A program made the position numbers and the translations under genes. Below the pieces are notes generated by a model. The model had not been told where the DNA came from. It saw only the letters and a list, made by a program, of their open reading frames with translations, and ran no database searches. From Victivallaceae bacterium (lineage in GTDB: Bacteria; Verrucomicrobiota; Lentisphaeria; Victivallales; Victivallaceae), in the NCBI GenBank assembly GCA_045654705.1, contig JAZONY010000001.1, forward strand, positions 2,156 through 66,155: a DNA stretch of 64,000 bases, read 5' to 3'. Shown piece by piece: positions 37,032 through 46,818 of this stretch (positions within the stretch are counted from its first letter, which is position 1; each line of letters opens with the position of its first letter).

Positions 37032-38681
37032 TTACCTCCAACGCCCGTAAAGGCTTTGTTTGTGTTCATACTGGTCGATGGCGACGCCCGGCGAGATGAA
37101 AAGGGGTTCCGAAAGGGTGGCACGATAGCAGTTTTTTTCAACATCCTGCACCTGTGCCGGGAGTTTGGGTATGAGGCGCAATACGGCACGGGCGCCGGGG
37201 GCAAGGGGGGAGTCCAGCTTGAAAAGCTGATTTTTGCCATCCCTCAGGTAGAGAGTATCCACTTTCACGCCGAGTCCGTTGACGATTTCCACATGGCCGT
37301 TCTTTTCGGTAACGGCGATTTTTTCACTGCGTTCTTCGGCACGGCAGAGAGCGTAACTGAAACTCATGCGGGGACGCACAAGGGAACTTGCATACACATA
37401 TTCATTGTCACGGAGTTCCCCCCTGACCTTGCCGGGCTTGTAAAAATAAAGCACATCCTCAGGGGTAAAGCGGAAATCCCCCACACTCAGAGGGGCATAG
37501 ATGCCGAATGCCCCCCGGGTGGCGGCGATGCCATTCCGCTGATCAAGAATGGTCTCAACTTCGCCTCTGCCCTTTGACCGGATACCTTCGCCGAAAATCA
37601 CACTTGCAATGACGGCGCCGGTAAAGATCAGGGAAATCAACGGAGTCGTCACGACCGCCCACAAAGTCCGGCGGTATCTTTTAAGCACCAGAAAGTTGAC
37701 AGGTCCGATGATGATGACAAAGCAGATCATCACAAAGGTAAGCCTTCCCATGGGGATAGGGGGTTGGGGCATCTGTACCTTCATGGCCCATGGTGTCAAA
37801 GGGTCTTTCCGATTCAGATATTTGTAAAGAGCGTTTTCGTGCCATTTGAGCTTTGTGTAAGTGCGGCTGTATTTTCCCTTTTGTTCAGCGGCATGTTTGC
37901 GTTTGACGAAATCTTTCCACCGGGGATCTTTTTCAGTTGCTGAACTCCGCATCACCACCCATGAACCGAATCCGATCTTTTCTTCAAAGGGAAGCCCTTT
38001 CATTTCAAAGCCCGCATAAGAGGGCCAGGGTGCGTTCCCCATGACCAGCACAAGGATCCGGGTCCCCCGTGCGGCGGCAAGACGGAGCGCCTGCCGGACC
38101 ATTTCAGGAAGAACATCATTGCTGTCAAGAACGATCACCGGGATCCCCGCATAGGCAATACTTGCTGTGGGCCACTCTCTGACAGGAAGGGGACTTTTCT
38201 GAAAATCCTCTTCAAGAAGATATTCAAAGAAATCAGGCTTGAAAGAAGCAGAAGCCATTCCGGGCGCCCTTGTAATATATCCTTTTGAACTGCGGTAAGG
38301 GGTGAAAGCCACTTCAACACCGCTGACAGACTCAACTGAGATCCGGGGAAGTGACGTCGTGTTTTCTGAAACACAGGGAAGCAGCATGGAAACGTCTGAA
38401 GAACTCATCTTCGGAACTTCAATGTTTGAGATGATTTGAAGGTTCCCTTTCTTCCAGAGAGGTTCTGCGATGATCCTGAGCTGCTGAGGTGAAGCCGTCC
38501 GGTTGATACAGCGGAACCGCCTCATCTGGGGACCGTCGCGGAACAGCTGTTCAAAAAGAGGCGGCAGTTCCGTAACACTCAAGGGGGCGGGGGGGAAAAC
38601 TCCGACCCTTGTTCTGGCATCAAGCCAAAGAGTGCAAAACAGCAGAAGCACCGCTATTGAGATAAATTTCATCTTTTTCAT
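37032..38681 (-). CDS. Hypothetical membrane protein (signal peptide, two central TM helices)
   Basis: ATG 38681 lies 4 nt after the moxR stop codon, with AAGGAG upstream. The N-terminus is MKKMKFISIAVLLLF. The central TM pair is LTFVMICFVIIIGPVNFLVL / LWAVVTTPLISLIFTGAVIASVIF. I see no VWA MIDAS motif. Confidence 0.6.
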   Translation of the reverse strand: MKKMKFISIAVLLLFCTLWLDARTRVGVFPPAPLSVTELPPLFEQLFRDGPQMRRFRCINRTASPQQLRIIAEPLWKKGNLQIISNIEVPKMSSSDVSMLLPCVSENTTSLPRISVESVSGVEVAFTPYRSSKGYITRAPGMASASFKPDFFEYLLEEDFQKSPLPVREWPTASIAYAGIPVIVLDSNDVLPEMVRQALRLAAARGTRILVLVMGNAPWPSYAGFEMKGLPFEEKIGFGSWVVMRSSATEKDPRWKDFVKRKHAAEQKGKYSRTYTKLKWHENALYKYLNRKDPLTPWAMKVQMPQPPIPMGRLTFVMICFVIIIGPVNFLVLKRYRRTLWAVVTTPLISLIFTGAVIASVIFGEGIRSKGRGEVETILDQRNGIAATRGAFGIYAPLSVGDFRFTPEDVLYFYKPGKVRGELRDNEYVYASSLVRPRMSFSYALCRAEERSEKIAVTEKNGHVEIVNGLGVKVDTLYLRDGKNQLFKLDSPLAPGARAVLRLIPKLPAQVQDVEKNCYRATLSEPLFISPGVAIDQYEHKQSLYGRWR

Positions 38682-38685
38682 TGCT

Positions 38686-39720
38686 TTACTCCTTTTCAAA
38701 AGCCATGCCCGCAGGCAGTCCGGCATCGGCACAGGGAACATGCTCCAGCAGTTCCGTCACCAGACCGGCGGGGGTTTTCTTTTCAAGTTTGGCGTTGTAA
38801 TTGAGAATAAGTCTGTGGCAAAGCACGGCAGGGGCAACAAGTTTCACATCTTCAAATCCCACCGCCGCTCTGCCGTTGAGAAGCGCCGCCGCACGGGCGG
38901 ACTCCGCCATGGCGATCGCCGCACGGGGGGAAGGTCCGTAAGCGACAAAGGGGGTCACACTTTTGACTTCATGGGGATTCCCCGGATGAGCGCCCCCCAC
39001 CAGACGGGCGATATAAGAGGCAACAGGACGGCTCAAATGGATTTTTTCCATAAGTTCAAAACAGTATTTCAGTTCCCCGCAGCTCAATGTAAAAGTAACC
39101 TTTTCAGCCTCACCGCGCCGCCTTGAAGCGATGATCCCGGTCAGGGTCTCAACATCCACATGGGTCACGTTGAGCTTGAAAAGAAATCTGTCAAGCTGGG
39201 CTTCGGGAACAGGATAGGTCCCCTCAAGCTCAATGGGATTCTGGGAGGCAAGGACAAAGAAAGGATCAGGCAGAAGACGGGTCACGCCGTTTGAAGTCAC
39301 CTGATGCTCCTGCATGGCTTCAAGCATGGCGGACTGGGTCTTGGGTGAGGCACGGTTGATCTCGTCGGCAAGAAGGATATTGGTAAAAATGGGTCCCTTC
39401 TGGAATTCAAGACTCCTGCTGCCGTCGGGGGCAACTTGCAGAATGTTTCCCCCCGTAATATCCCCCGGCAGAAGATCGGGGGTGAACTGGACCCGGGAAA
39501 ACTCAAGGGAAAGGATTTCGCCCAGAGCCTTGACCAGTGCTGTTTTGCCCACCCCGGGCAACCCTTCAAGGAGGATATGCCCCCGGCTCAATATGCCGAT
39601 GATAACAAGTTTATGGAGTTCATGCTGTCCCAGCAGGATCTTATCCAGCTGTTCCACGGCAGCAAGAAGTTTTTCCTGCCCTCTGCGGAGCAGATCATCG
39701 CTTAAAAGTTCCTGACTCAT
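38686..39720 (-). CDS. MoxR-family AAA+ ATPase
   Basis: Walker A LEGLPGVGKT and Walker B ILLADEINRASPKTQSAMLEAMQE. The sequence FFVLASQNPIELEGTYPVPEAQLDRF is the AAA_3 signature. Confidence 0.9.
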   Translation of the reverse strand: MSQELLSDDLLRRGQEKLLAAVEQLDKILLGQHELHKLVIIGILSRGHILLEGLPGVGKTALVKALGEILSLEFSRVQFTPDLLPGDITGGNILQVAPDGSRSLEFQKGPIFTNILLADEINRASPKTQSAMLEAMQEHQVTSNGVTRLLPDPFFVLASQNPIELEGTYPVPEAQLDRFLFKLNVTHVDVETLTGIIASRRRGEAEKVTFTLSCGELKYCFELMEKIHLSRPVASYIARLVGGAHPGNPHEVKSVTPFVAYGPSPRAAIAMAESARAAALLNGRAAVGFEDVKLVAPAVLCHRLILNYNAKLEKKTPAGLVTELLEHVPCADAGLPAGMAFEKE

Positions 39721-39722
39721 AA

Positions 39723-41138
39723 TTATTTATCCTCCTTGTCAAAGTAGCGTTTCACCGCCCGTCTGTGTGCGGGGTGGAGTGTTGACTCCTGAAATCCGGC
39801 GTGAGTTCCTGAAGTTCCGAGATTTCCCCCTTTGACGGAATGTTTTTCCTCTTTCTGTTCCATATCGACGGCAAATCGTCCCAGGACTTTGGATTTCTCC
39901 TTATCCCCGGGAAGATGGGAACGTATTTTTTTGTCGGAGCGTTTTGCGCCGTGATCGGGGGTGAAGCCTGAATACTCCAGATGAGCATCCCCTTTTCCCC
40001 GGGCGGGAGAACCGCTGCCGGGCTCGCCCTCCCCCTCACCTGCGCCGCCGGAAGATTCCGGAGTACTCTCTCTGTTGGTGAGGGATTCGATCAAATCGTC
40101 GCACCCGGGAACATTTTCCCGGATAAACTGCTCCAGCTCCTTTGAAGATTCCAGAAGTTCAGCTTCAGAGATTTTCGCGCCGTTTTCGAGAAATTTCTGT
40201 ATATCTTTGAGGTCACGGGCAAGTTTTTCCTTTTCCTCTCCCAGAGCTTTGGCAAGAGTTCCCAACTGTTCCGGCGAAAGCAGGGAGCCGTCAAAGCCTC
40301 CTTTTTTCAGAGCTTCGGCAAGGCGTTTATCCTTTTGCGCCATGGCTTTGAGAAGTTGGGTGAAATTCTCTGCCTGTTGAGCGCCTTTTCCGGAGGAATT
40401 CAGTTTATCAGCAGCGGTCTGCAGCGGGGCGACCTGCCTCAGAAGCCGGTCGGCACTCTGCATCTGCCCTCCGAGTTCCATGCGGAGTCTTTCATTGAGC
40501 TGCCGCAGCAGTTCATAACTCCGTCCCGGAGCGGCAGAGTCCGCCTGTTTCACCGTTTCCTCAAACTCTTTTTTGAGCATCTGCCCCTTATTTTCCCCTT
40601 CGGGCAAACGGCGCAGTATCTCAATACCCTGATCGAATTTTTCCGTTTCATCTTTCAGATCAAGGGGGGAAACAGGCAGTTCTTCCCTCCCTGCCACAGG
40701 CGCCGCAACTGTTCCCGCCGCAAACAGGATCCCCGCAGCCAGCACGGTCAGGTGAAAGGCTTTCTTCACATAGCGCAGAGGGGGCAGCTCCGGAACGCCG
40801 GAAAGAGGGAAGTTTTCATCCCCGCACTCCGCCGCCGAAAGGGCGACCGCCCCCCCGGGGACGAGGGAGGCAAGAAAAACAGCAAGCTGTTCCTTTTTGG
40901 GAGTGAGTTTGAGAGCGTGGAAAAATGAGATGATCGCCGCCGCCAGAAAAATCCCTCCCCCGCAATAAAGAAAAAGGGGAAAATCCTCTCTTCCGGCAAG
41001 GCGCAAAATCAGAAAAATCGTTCCTGAAAGAAAAAAAGCACCGCTTGCATATTTGCAAAGTTCCATAAGCCAGACCGCCATAAAAATGCGCCTTTGGCTT
41101 GCTGCCGCACTTTTTTGCAAACAGGAGTTGTATTTCAT
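39723..41138 (-). CDS. Hypothetical membrane-anchored coiled-coil protein
   Basis: About 4 N-terminal TM segments, then a long Lys/Glu/Leu-rich helical region, a Gly/Glu-rich linker and a basic C-terminus ending HPAHRRAVKRYFDKEDK. The start forms an ATGA overlap with the ispG stop codon. Confidence 0.55.
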   Translation of the reverse strand: MKYNSCLQKSAAASQRRIFMAVWLMELCKYASGAFFLSGTIFLILRLAGREDFPLFLYCGGGIFLAAAIISFFHALKLTPKKEQLAVFLASLVPGGAVALSAAECGDENFPLSGVPELPPLRYVKKAFHLTVLAAGILFAAGTVAAPVAGREELPVSPLDLKDETEKFDQGIEILRRLPEGENKGQMLKKEFEETVKQADSAAPGRSYELLRQLNERLRMELGGQMQSADRLLRQVAPLQTAADKLNSSGKGAQQAENFTQLLKAMAQKDKRLAEALKKGGFDGSLLSPEQLGTLAKALGEEKEKLARDLKDIQKFLENGAKISEAELLESSKELEQFIRENVPGCDDLIESLTNRESTPESSGGAGEGEGEPGSGSPARGKGDAHLEYSGFTPDHGAKRSDKKIRSHLPGDKEKSKVLGRFAVDMEQKEEKHSVKGGNLGTSGTHAGFQESTLHPAHRRAVKRYFDKEDK

Positions 41139-42244
41139 TTTCCTCTTTTCTCGCTGTTTTCCAGAAGTTGTTTTTTGAAAAGTGCAAATCCCTCTTCGGC
41201 ATCGAATGTCCCTTGAACAGCTCCGGAGCGGAAAAGGATCACCTTGCCGTTCCGGCTCCCGGCGATCCCCAGATCGGCATCCCGCGCCTCACCGGGACCG
41301 TTGACGGGGCATCCCATGACCGCCACCTTCCGGAAGTGGCAGTGCATCCCTGCGCGCTCCATATCGTCAAGGAGCTGTTCCACTCTTGCCGTAAGTCCGA
41401 AAAGATCGAACTGGGTCCTGCCGCAGCTGGGACAGGAAACAAGTTCCGTGCCGGAACTCCGCAGTCCGCAGGCTTCAAGGAGTTTTTTGGCGGCGATGAC
41501 CTCATCTTCGGGGGGAGCCGTCAGACTGATACGCACCGTATCCCCGATGCCTTCGGCAAAAAGCACGCTCAGCACAGAAGCGGATTTGATGATGCCCCGT
41601 GAGGGGGGACCGGATTCCGTCAGCCCCAGGTGCAGCGGATAATCAGTCACAGCGGCAAATTTGCGGTAACTTGCCAATGTGACAGGGATACTTGAACTTT
41701 TCAGGGCGACCTTGATGTTGCGGACACCATGTTTTTCAAGGGCTTCGCACTGTTCAAGGGCGTTGCGGCAGAGAAGATCCGCCATAGCCTCCTCAAAGGA
41801 GGGAAACTTTTCCAGATTGGCTTTCAGCTCGTTGGGGTTGACACTGCCCCCGTTGGCGCCCACCCGGATACAGGTTCCGTATTCGACGGCAAGTTCTGCG
41901 ATGGGACCCAGGATCTTCTCATCCTTGATCAGTCCGGGGTTGAGCCTGACACCTGCGATACCGGCTTTGATCGCCGCGAGGGCGGACTCCCAGTGGAACT
42001 GGATATCCGCCACAAGGGGGATGGGGGAAGATTTGATCACCTCCGGCAAAGCCTTTTCTGCCGCCTCATCGTCGATGGCGGCACGGATGATATCGCATCC
42101 GGCGAGGGCGCATCTTTCGATCTGTTCAAGACTCTTTCTGACATCCGCAAGGGGGACGTTGGTCATAGTCTGGAGCGTGACAGGAAAGGCGGAGCCGATC
42201 CCCACGCTCCCCAGTTTAACGCTGCGTGTCTTTCTTCTGGACAT
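41135..42244 (-). CDS. ispG: 4-hydroxy-3-methylbut-2-en-1-yl diphosphate synthase
   Basis: TRSVKLGSVGIGSAFPVTLQTMTN at the N-terminus and the C-terminal Cys cluster VSCPSCGRT...MGCPVNGPGE fit IspG. Confidence 0.9.
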   Translation of the reverse strand: MSRRKTRSVKLGSVGIGSAFPVTLQTMTNVPLADVRKSLEQIERCALAGCDIIRAAIDDEAAEKALPEVIKSSPIPLVADIQFHWESALAAIKAGIAGVRLNPGLIKDEKILGPIAELAVEYGTCIRVGANGGSVNPNELKANLEKFPSFEEAMADLLCRNALEQCEALEKHGVRNIKVALKSSSIPVTLASYRKFAAVTDYPLHLGLTESGPPSRGIIKSASVLSVLFAEGIGDTVRISLTAPPEDEVIAAKKLLEACGLRSSGTELVSCPSCGRTQFDLFGLTARVEQLLDDMERAGMHCHFRKVAVMGCPVNGPGEARDADLGIAGSRNGKVILFRSGAVQGTFDAEEGFALFKKQLLENSEKRGK

Positions 42245-43961
42245 CGGGAAGCTCTTTCTTTACACTTTTGTTCTTTACGGTATCCTCCGGATCGGTCTGT
42301 TCCTTTTTCTCAGGCAGGAATCCCCGCACCAGCCGTCTGCCGTCGGCAAAGGTCACAAAGACCATAAGTCCGATGAGCAGCGTCACAAAGACGATGGAAA
42401 GCCCCTTGATGATCACCGTGGGCAGAGGTCTGCGGAAGATGATCTCGATGACACCGAAAACGATGTGTCCGCCGTCCAGAACGGGGAAAGGCAGCAGATT
42501 GAAAATGGCAAGGGCGAAAGAGACCACCACCATAAAGTAGATGCCTGTCATGAGAGAGGAACGGTAAACCGAATTGAAAAGAGTGGTCCCGATACCCAGA
42601 GGTCCTGACATGTGGCTGGGTTTGAGGGAGCTTTGCCGCTGTGTCCACCCCAGTTTCTGCCCGATACCGACACAGATGCCCCGCAGGGATTTCCAGCTCA
42701 TATCCACGGTGGAAACGAAAAGCTCCCAGGGGGTCGGATGGTCATAGACCGCCACACTGACACCGATGGTGCGGGGGACGACCTTGAGGGAGTTGATGGA
42801 AATCTGTTTCTTTTCGCCGTTGCGGAGGAAGTGGATGACAAAGGTTTTATCCTTGAAAGAACGGATCTTTTCGATGAATTTGGCAACATCCTTGATCACT
42901 TCAGGATTTTTTTCGCCGGGTGCGGCGGCACTCAGCAGCAAGTCGTCGGGCAGCAGTCCCGCTTTCTGGGCGGGGGAGGAAAAAACGGCACTTTCCACCT
43001 TGACACCCAGAGGCGTTTTGGCAAGGGTGGCGCCGATCATGTAACGGGTGAAATCCTCGGGCAGACCGGGGATGACCTGAGAACGCAGTTTCACCGGGAA
43101 CTCCTTCTCTGCCCGGACCATGGTCAAGGTCAGTTCCATATCTCCTGCGATATCCAGAAGATGCTGGAACTCGGAGGGGCTTTGCAGGGGGATCCCGTTG
43201 ACGGCGGCGATGATATCACCTTTCCGGATCCCCGCTTTGGCGGCAACGGAGCCTTTTTCGGGAATCACCTCAACAGGCACACGGACAGTGAAAAAAGGCC
43301 ACGCCAGACCTTCGGCTTTAAGGGAGCCGGGGGCGGCAGGATTGACCTTGGGAATATAGGTAATCTCCATTTTTTTGCCGTCACGGAGAACTTCAAGGCG
43401 CACCGGGTCAACGGTGAAAAGGATCTCTTTCACAAAGTGCGCCCAGCTCAAATGAAAACTTTTGCCGTTGAGCTTGACGATCTTGTCCCCTTTGCGGAGC
43501 CCTGCGGCATATTCCGGACCTTTTTCGTCCACATGGTTGACGGTCATCTCACGCATCTTGGCGGTGTCGGAAGGCATACCCACAAAGTAGATGAGCGTTC
43601 CAACGATGAGACCGAAAATGATGTTGAAAATGGGACCCGCCGCCGCCGTGATGACCCGGTCAAGGGCATTGGCACGGGGCAGTTCCTTGCCGTCGGCACT
43701 TTTGGGGATCCCGTCGGTGGCGTCGATCTGGGGAAGCTCCACATAGCCGCCGAAGGGCAGATAGCCCAGACGGTACTCCACGCCGTTGATCTTCTTGCGC
43801 CAGAAAGGTTTGAACCCCAGAGAAAAAGCATCGATATGGAGTCCCCGCCATTTTCCTGCCAGAAAGTGTCCCAGTTCGTGAGAAAAGATACAAAGTCCGA
43901 TGGCGACAAACACAAAGACCAGTGAACCGATGATACTCAGAATATTCAGCAATGATTCCAT
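42216..43961 (-). CDS. rseP: RIP metalloprotease RseP (site-2 protease, M50, multiple PDZ domains)
   Basis: HELGHFLAG is the HExxH motif. PDZ-like segments (GLRKGDKIVKLNG, GIRKGDIIAAVNG, GLLPDDLL) are present, along with the C-terminal NLLPFPVLDGGH. The start at 43961 is preferred over 44030. Confidence 0.85.
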   Translation of the reverse strand: MESLLNILSIIGSLVFVFVAIGLCIFSHELGHFLAGKWRGLHIDAFSLGFKPFWRKKINGVEYRLGYLPFGGYVELPQIDATDGIPKSADGKELPRANALDRVITAAAGPIFNIIFGLIVGTLIYFVGMPSDTAKMREMTVNHVDEKGPEYAAGLRKGDKIVKLNGKSFHLSWAHFVKEILFTVDPVRLEVLRDGKKMEITYIPKVNPAAPGSLKAEGLAWPFFTVRVPVEVIPEKGSVAAKAGIRKGDIIAAVNGIPLQSPSEFQHLLDIAGDMELTLTMVRAEKEFPVKLRSQVIPGLPEDFTRYMIGATLAKTPLGVKVESAVFSSPAQKAGLLPDDLLLSAAAPGEKNPEVIKDVAKFIEKIRSFKDKTFVIHFLRNGEKKQISINSLKVVPRTIGVSVAVYDHPTPWELFVSTVDMSWKSLRGICVGIGQKLGWTQRQSSLKPSHMSGPLGIGTTLFNSVYRSSLMTGIYFMVVVSFALAIFNLLPFPVLDGGHIVFGVIEIIFRRPLPTVIIKGLSIVFVTLLIGLMVFVTFADGRRLVRGFLPEKKEQTDPEDTVKNKSVKKELPDVQKKDTQR

Positions 43962-44068
43962 AAAACAGCAATGTTCCTTATAATAGCACAAGGCAACTTC
44001 CGAAGCGGAAAACTTCTGAAGTTGCCTCATTGAATGAATTTTTAACGAGGTGACTTCTTACAATTTAT

Positions 44069-44097
44069 AAAATAGCACCTCTTATGCAGTTTTTCAA
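44069..44097 (-). promoter_or_regulatory. Promoter of the rseP-ispG-moxR-ABC string
   Basis: On the minus strand, TTGAAA-N17-TATTTT. Confidence 0.5.
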
Positions 44098-44105
44098 GAG
44101 AAAAT

Positions 44106-45431
44106 TTATTTTCCCTGCAAAACTGCGTTGATTCTTGCTTTTCCTTTGCGCCCAGGAGAGCTGCTGTGGGTCCCCTGGGGATAGACGGTGATATCTTTCT
44201 TTTCCGAAGCAAGATTCTTGTAGACCAGATAGATACCTGCCGGTGAACAGCTCATATCCAGCAATCCGGCAGAAAGATAGGTTTCGCACTTGATCCTGCG
44301 GGCAAGGAAAACATTGTCGTAATAGGCGGTCGCAGCAACGACTTTGGGATCGGCTTTGCCGTTGCGGGCATCGTAGAATTTGGGCCAGCCGGGACGGCGG
44401 GGGAACTTGGCAATGGAACCGGCATGGTCGCCGATAGCGGGAACATCGGCAACGCACAAGGTCACCTGGGGATCAAGAGCAGCTGCGGCGATGGCCTGTC
44501 CGCCGCCCTGACTGCCGCCGGTGGCAATAAGCACTTTACCGTCCCATTCGGGGCGGGATTTCAGATAATCCAGCGCCCGCATAAGGCGCAAATACATGCC
44601 TTTGAAATAGACCGTGTCACGGCTGCTTGTACCGGCAAAGCGGTAATCTTTAAGGGTGGTTTTTGCCAGCTTTTCGTAATACGCCCTGCCCTTGCGGTTG
44701 GGGATACCGTGGGCGTTGATATCCAGATGCAGTGATCTGCCGAAAGTATACATCGCCGATCCGCTCACGCCGGCACCGTGAAGTGTCAGGACGGCAGGAA
44801 GGCTTTTGGGTTTGGCATCAGCGGGCATACTCAGATGTCCGGAAACGGGCATACCGCCTGCACAGTCGATCTGAACATCCCAGAATTTGAAATCTTTCTT
44901 CGATGAAGAGGCGGGGATAGGGGTGAGTTTGGCTTTGAGAGGAACCTTGTTCAGTGCTTCCCGCTGAGCTTTCCAGAAAGCATCAAAGTCCTCAGGCTCA
45001 GGCTGTCCCGGCTCCAGCTTGTCAATGTCATACATGACACCGATACCCTTCTGAAGCATATATTTTCTTCCCTGCCGGCTCTTGACCATGGTCGGCTTGC
45101 CGTTGGCATCACGGACAACGAAGTTGATGCAAACCCAGCCGGGACCGTTGCCTGTGGTCGTGAGGGTAAAAGGTTTGTCGGTGGTGACAAACTGCTTTTT
45201 GATATTTTTCATACCGCCGTCCCTCATAAGTTCATAGGAAACCTTTCTGCCGACGACGGGTTTGAAGGTATCTTTGGCATTCTCTCTTGAATAGAGGACA
45301 AAGGAAAAAGTCACCTTTTCCCCCGCCTTGAGCGACCACTCTTTTTTGTCGCTCTTAACATCCAGCTTATACTCGACGGCTCCGGCGCAGAACGCGACAG
45401 CCAACATCAGAAATGCAAAAACAATTTTCAT
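44106..45431 (-). CDS. Secreted acetyl-xylan-esterase-like serine hydrolase (CE7/AXE1-like), paralog 1
   Basis: It has a signal peptide ending A-VEYK and an N-terminal extra domain of about 110 aa. PEDFDAFWKAQ marks the AXE1 start. The nucleophile elbow is GGSQGGG, with downstream Asp (GLLD) and His (GTHSS). Confidence 0.7.
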   Translation of the reverse strand: MKIVFAFLMLAVAFCAGAVEYKLDVKSDKKEWSLKAGEKVTFSFVLYSRENAKDTFKPVVGRKVSYELMRDGGMKNIKKQFVTTDKPFTLTTTGNGPGWVCINFVVRDANGKPTMVKSRQGRKYMLQKGIGVMYDIDKLEPGQPEPEDFDAFWKAQREALNKVPLKAKLTPIPASSSKKDFKFWDVQIDCAGGMPVSGHLSMPADAKPKSLPAVLTLHGAGVSGSAMYTFGRSLHLDINAHGIPNRKGRAYYEKLAKTTLKDYRFAGTSSRDTVYFKGMYLRLMRALDYLKSRPEWDGKVLIATGGSQGGGQAIAAAALDPQVTLCVADVPAIGDHAGSIAKFPRRPGWPKFYDARNGKADPKVVAATAYYDNVFLARRIKCETYLSAGLLDMSCSPAGIYLVYKNLASEKKDITVYPQGTHSSSPGRKGKARINAVLQGK

Positions 45432-45437
45432 TTCAAA

Positions 45438-46754
45438 TCACTTTCCTGAAATAACTTCCGTAATACGTTTCTGTCCCTGAGTGGTCGGTGCAGCGACATG
45501 CTCACCGCAGGGGAAGACATCAAGATGCTTTTTGCTGCTCTTGAGGTTCATATAGTAGAGATAAACGCTGGTGGGGGGACAGGTCCGGTCGATCAATCCG
45601 GTGGTGAGATAGACTTCGCACTTGACCCGGCGGGCGAAAAAGATGTTGTCGTAGTAGCCTGTGGCTTTTTTCACTTCCTCTTTCGCGTTGTGGGCGTAGT
45701 AGAACTGGGGCCAGCCGGGGCGGCGGGGAATTTTTGCAAAATTACCGCCGTGGTCGCCGATGGCGGGGACTCCGGCGACGACCAGTGTCACCTGGGGATC
45801 AAGGGCGGCGGCGGCGATGGACTGACCGCCCCCCATGCTTCCGCCGGTGACGATGAGGATCTTGCCGTCCCATTCGGGGCGGGACTTCACATAATCAAGG
45901 GTGCGGAGCATACGCAGGAACATGCCTCTGAAATAGACGGTATCCCGGTTTTCCTGACCGATGCGGGGATAGTTTTTGAGGTCGCTGTAACGTCTTTTGT
46001 TGTAATATTCTTTGCTCTGACCGTTGGGAATGCCGTGGGCATTGACATCAAAGAGGATGGCACGGGGAGCCACACGGGCGTAGGAGCTGCGGACTCCGGC
46101 GGCGTGATAGTAGACGATGGCAGGGAGACTTTTGGGTTTGGCATCGGCAGGGATGCTCAGGTAGCCGGAAACGCCGCGGAAACCGCCGGGAACGTTGATC
46201 TGAACATCCCAGACCTTGACCTTGCGTGCCTCAGTCGCAGCAGATTTGAAAGGGGTGAGAACAGCTTTCATGGGTTCTTTGTTGAGCAGTTCACGCTGAG
46301 TTTTCCAGAAAGCATCAAAATCGGCAGGTTCCTCCACACCGACTTCCAGTTTCTCAGGCTCGACCAATGCGCCGATACCGCCCATGACCTGACGGGAATT
46401 GCCGTAACGGTCCTTGTAGGTGGCGGGCTTTTTGCCGTCAAGCATGTTCAATCTCAACTGCATCCAGCCGGGACGGGTCAGTTTGCCCTGAAAGACGAAA
46501 GGCTTGTCGCCGGTGGTGAAAACACCTTTTTTCACGGTGACATCGTTTTCAGAGAAAAGGAACTGGACGGTTTTTCCGGTGGCAGCCTTGAAAGGAGCTT
46601 TGGCATTTTCACGGGCAAGGAGAGTTGCGGTAAAGGTCGCAGTTTCGCCCACTTTCATTTTCCAGTGTTTGTCGCTTTTGACTTCAAATTTGTACTCAAC
46701 GGCGCTGAGAGAAAGGAAAGTTCCCAGCAGAGTGAAAAGAAAGAACTTTTTCAT
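45438..46754 (-). CDS. Secreted acetyl-xylan-esterase-like serine hydrolase (CE7/AXE1-like), paralog 2
   Basis: It is collinear with paralog 1: PADFDAFWKTQ, GGSMGGG, GLID and GEHVA. It lies 6 nt upstream of paralog 1. Confidence 0.7.
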   Translation of the reverse strand: MKKFFLFTLLGTFLSLSAVEYKFEVKSDKHWKMKVGETATFTATLLARENAKAPFKAATGKTVQFLFSENDVTVKKGVFTTGDKPFVFQGKLTRPGWMQLRLNMLDGKKPATYKDRYGNSRQVMGGIGALVEPEKLEVGVEEPADFDAFWKTQRELLNKEPMKAVLTPFKSAATEARKVKVWDVQINVPGGFRGVSGYLSIPADAKPKSLPAIVYYHAAGVRSSYARVAPRAILFDVNAHGIPNGQSKEYYNKRRYSDLKNYPRIGQENRDTVYFRGMFLRMLRTLDYVKSRPEWDGKILIVTGGSMGGGQSIAAAALDPQVTLVVAGVPAIGDHGGNFAKIPRRPGWPQFYYAHNAKEEVKKATGYYDNIFFARRVKCEVYLTTGLIDRTCPPTSVYLYYMNLKSSKKHLDVFPCGEHVAAPTTQGQKRITEVISGK

Positions 46755-46768
46755 CGTTTATACCTCTT

Positions 46769-46812
46769 GAAAACAACTGCCGCATTCCTCTCGAAACGCA
46801 GCAGTTGTTTTT
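46769..46812 (-). terminator. Intergenic hairpin (weak terminator or processing site) between esterase paralogs 3 and 2
   Basis: On the minus strand an 11-bp stem ACAACTGCTGC / GCGGCAGTTGT is followed only by TTTC. Confidence 0.4.
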
Positions 46813-46818
46813 GTGATT

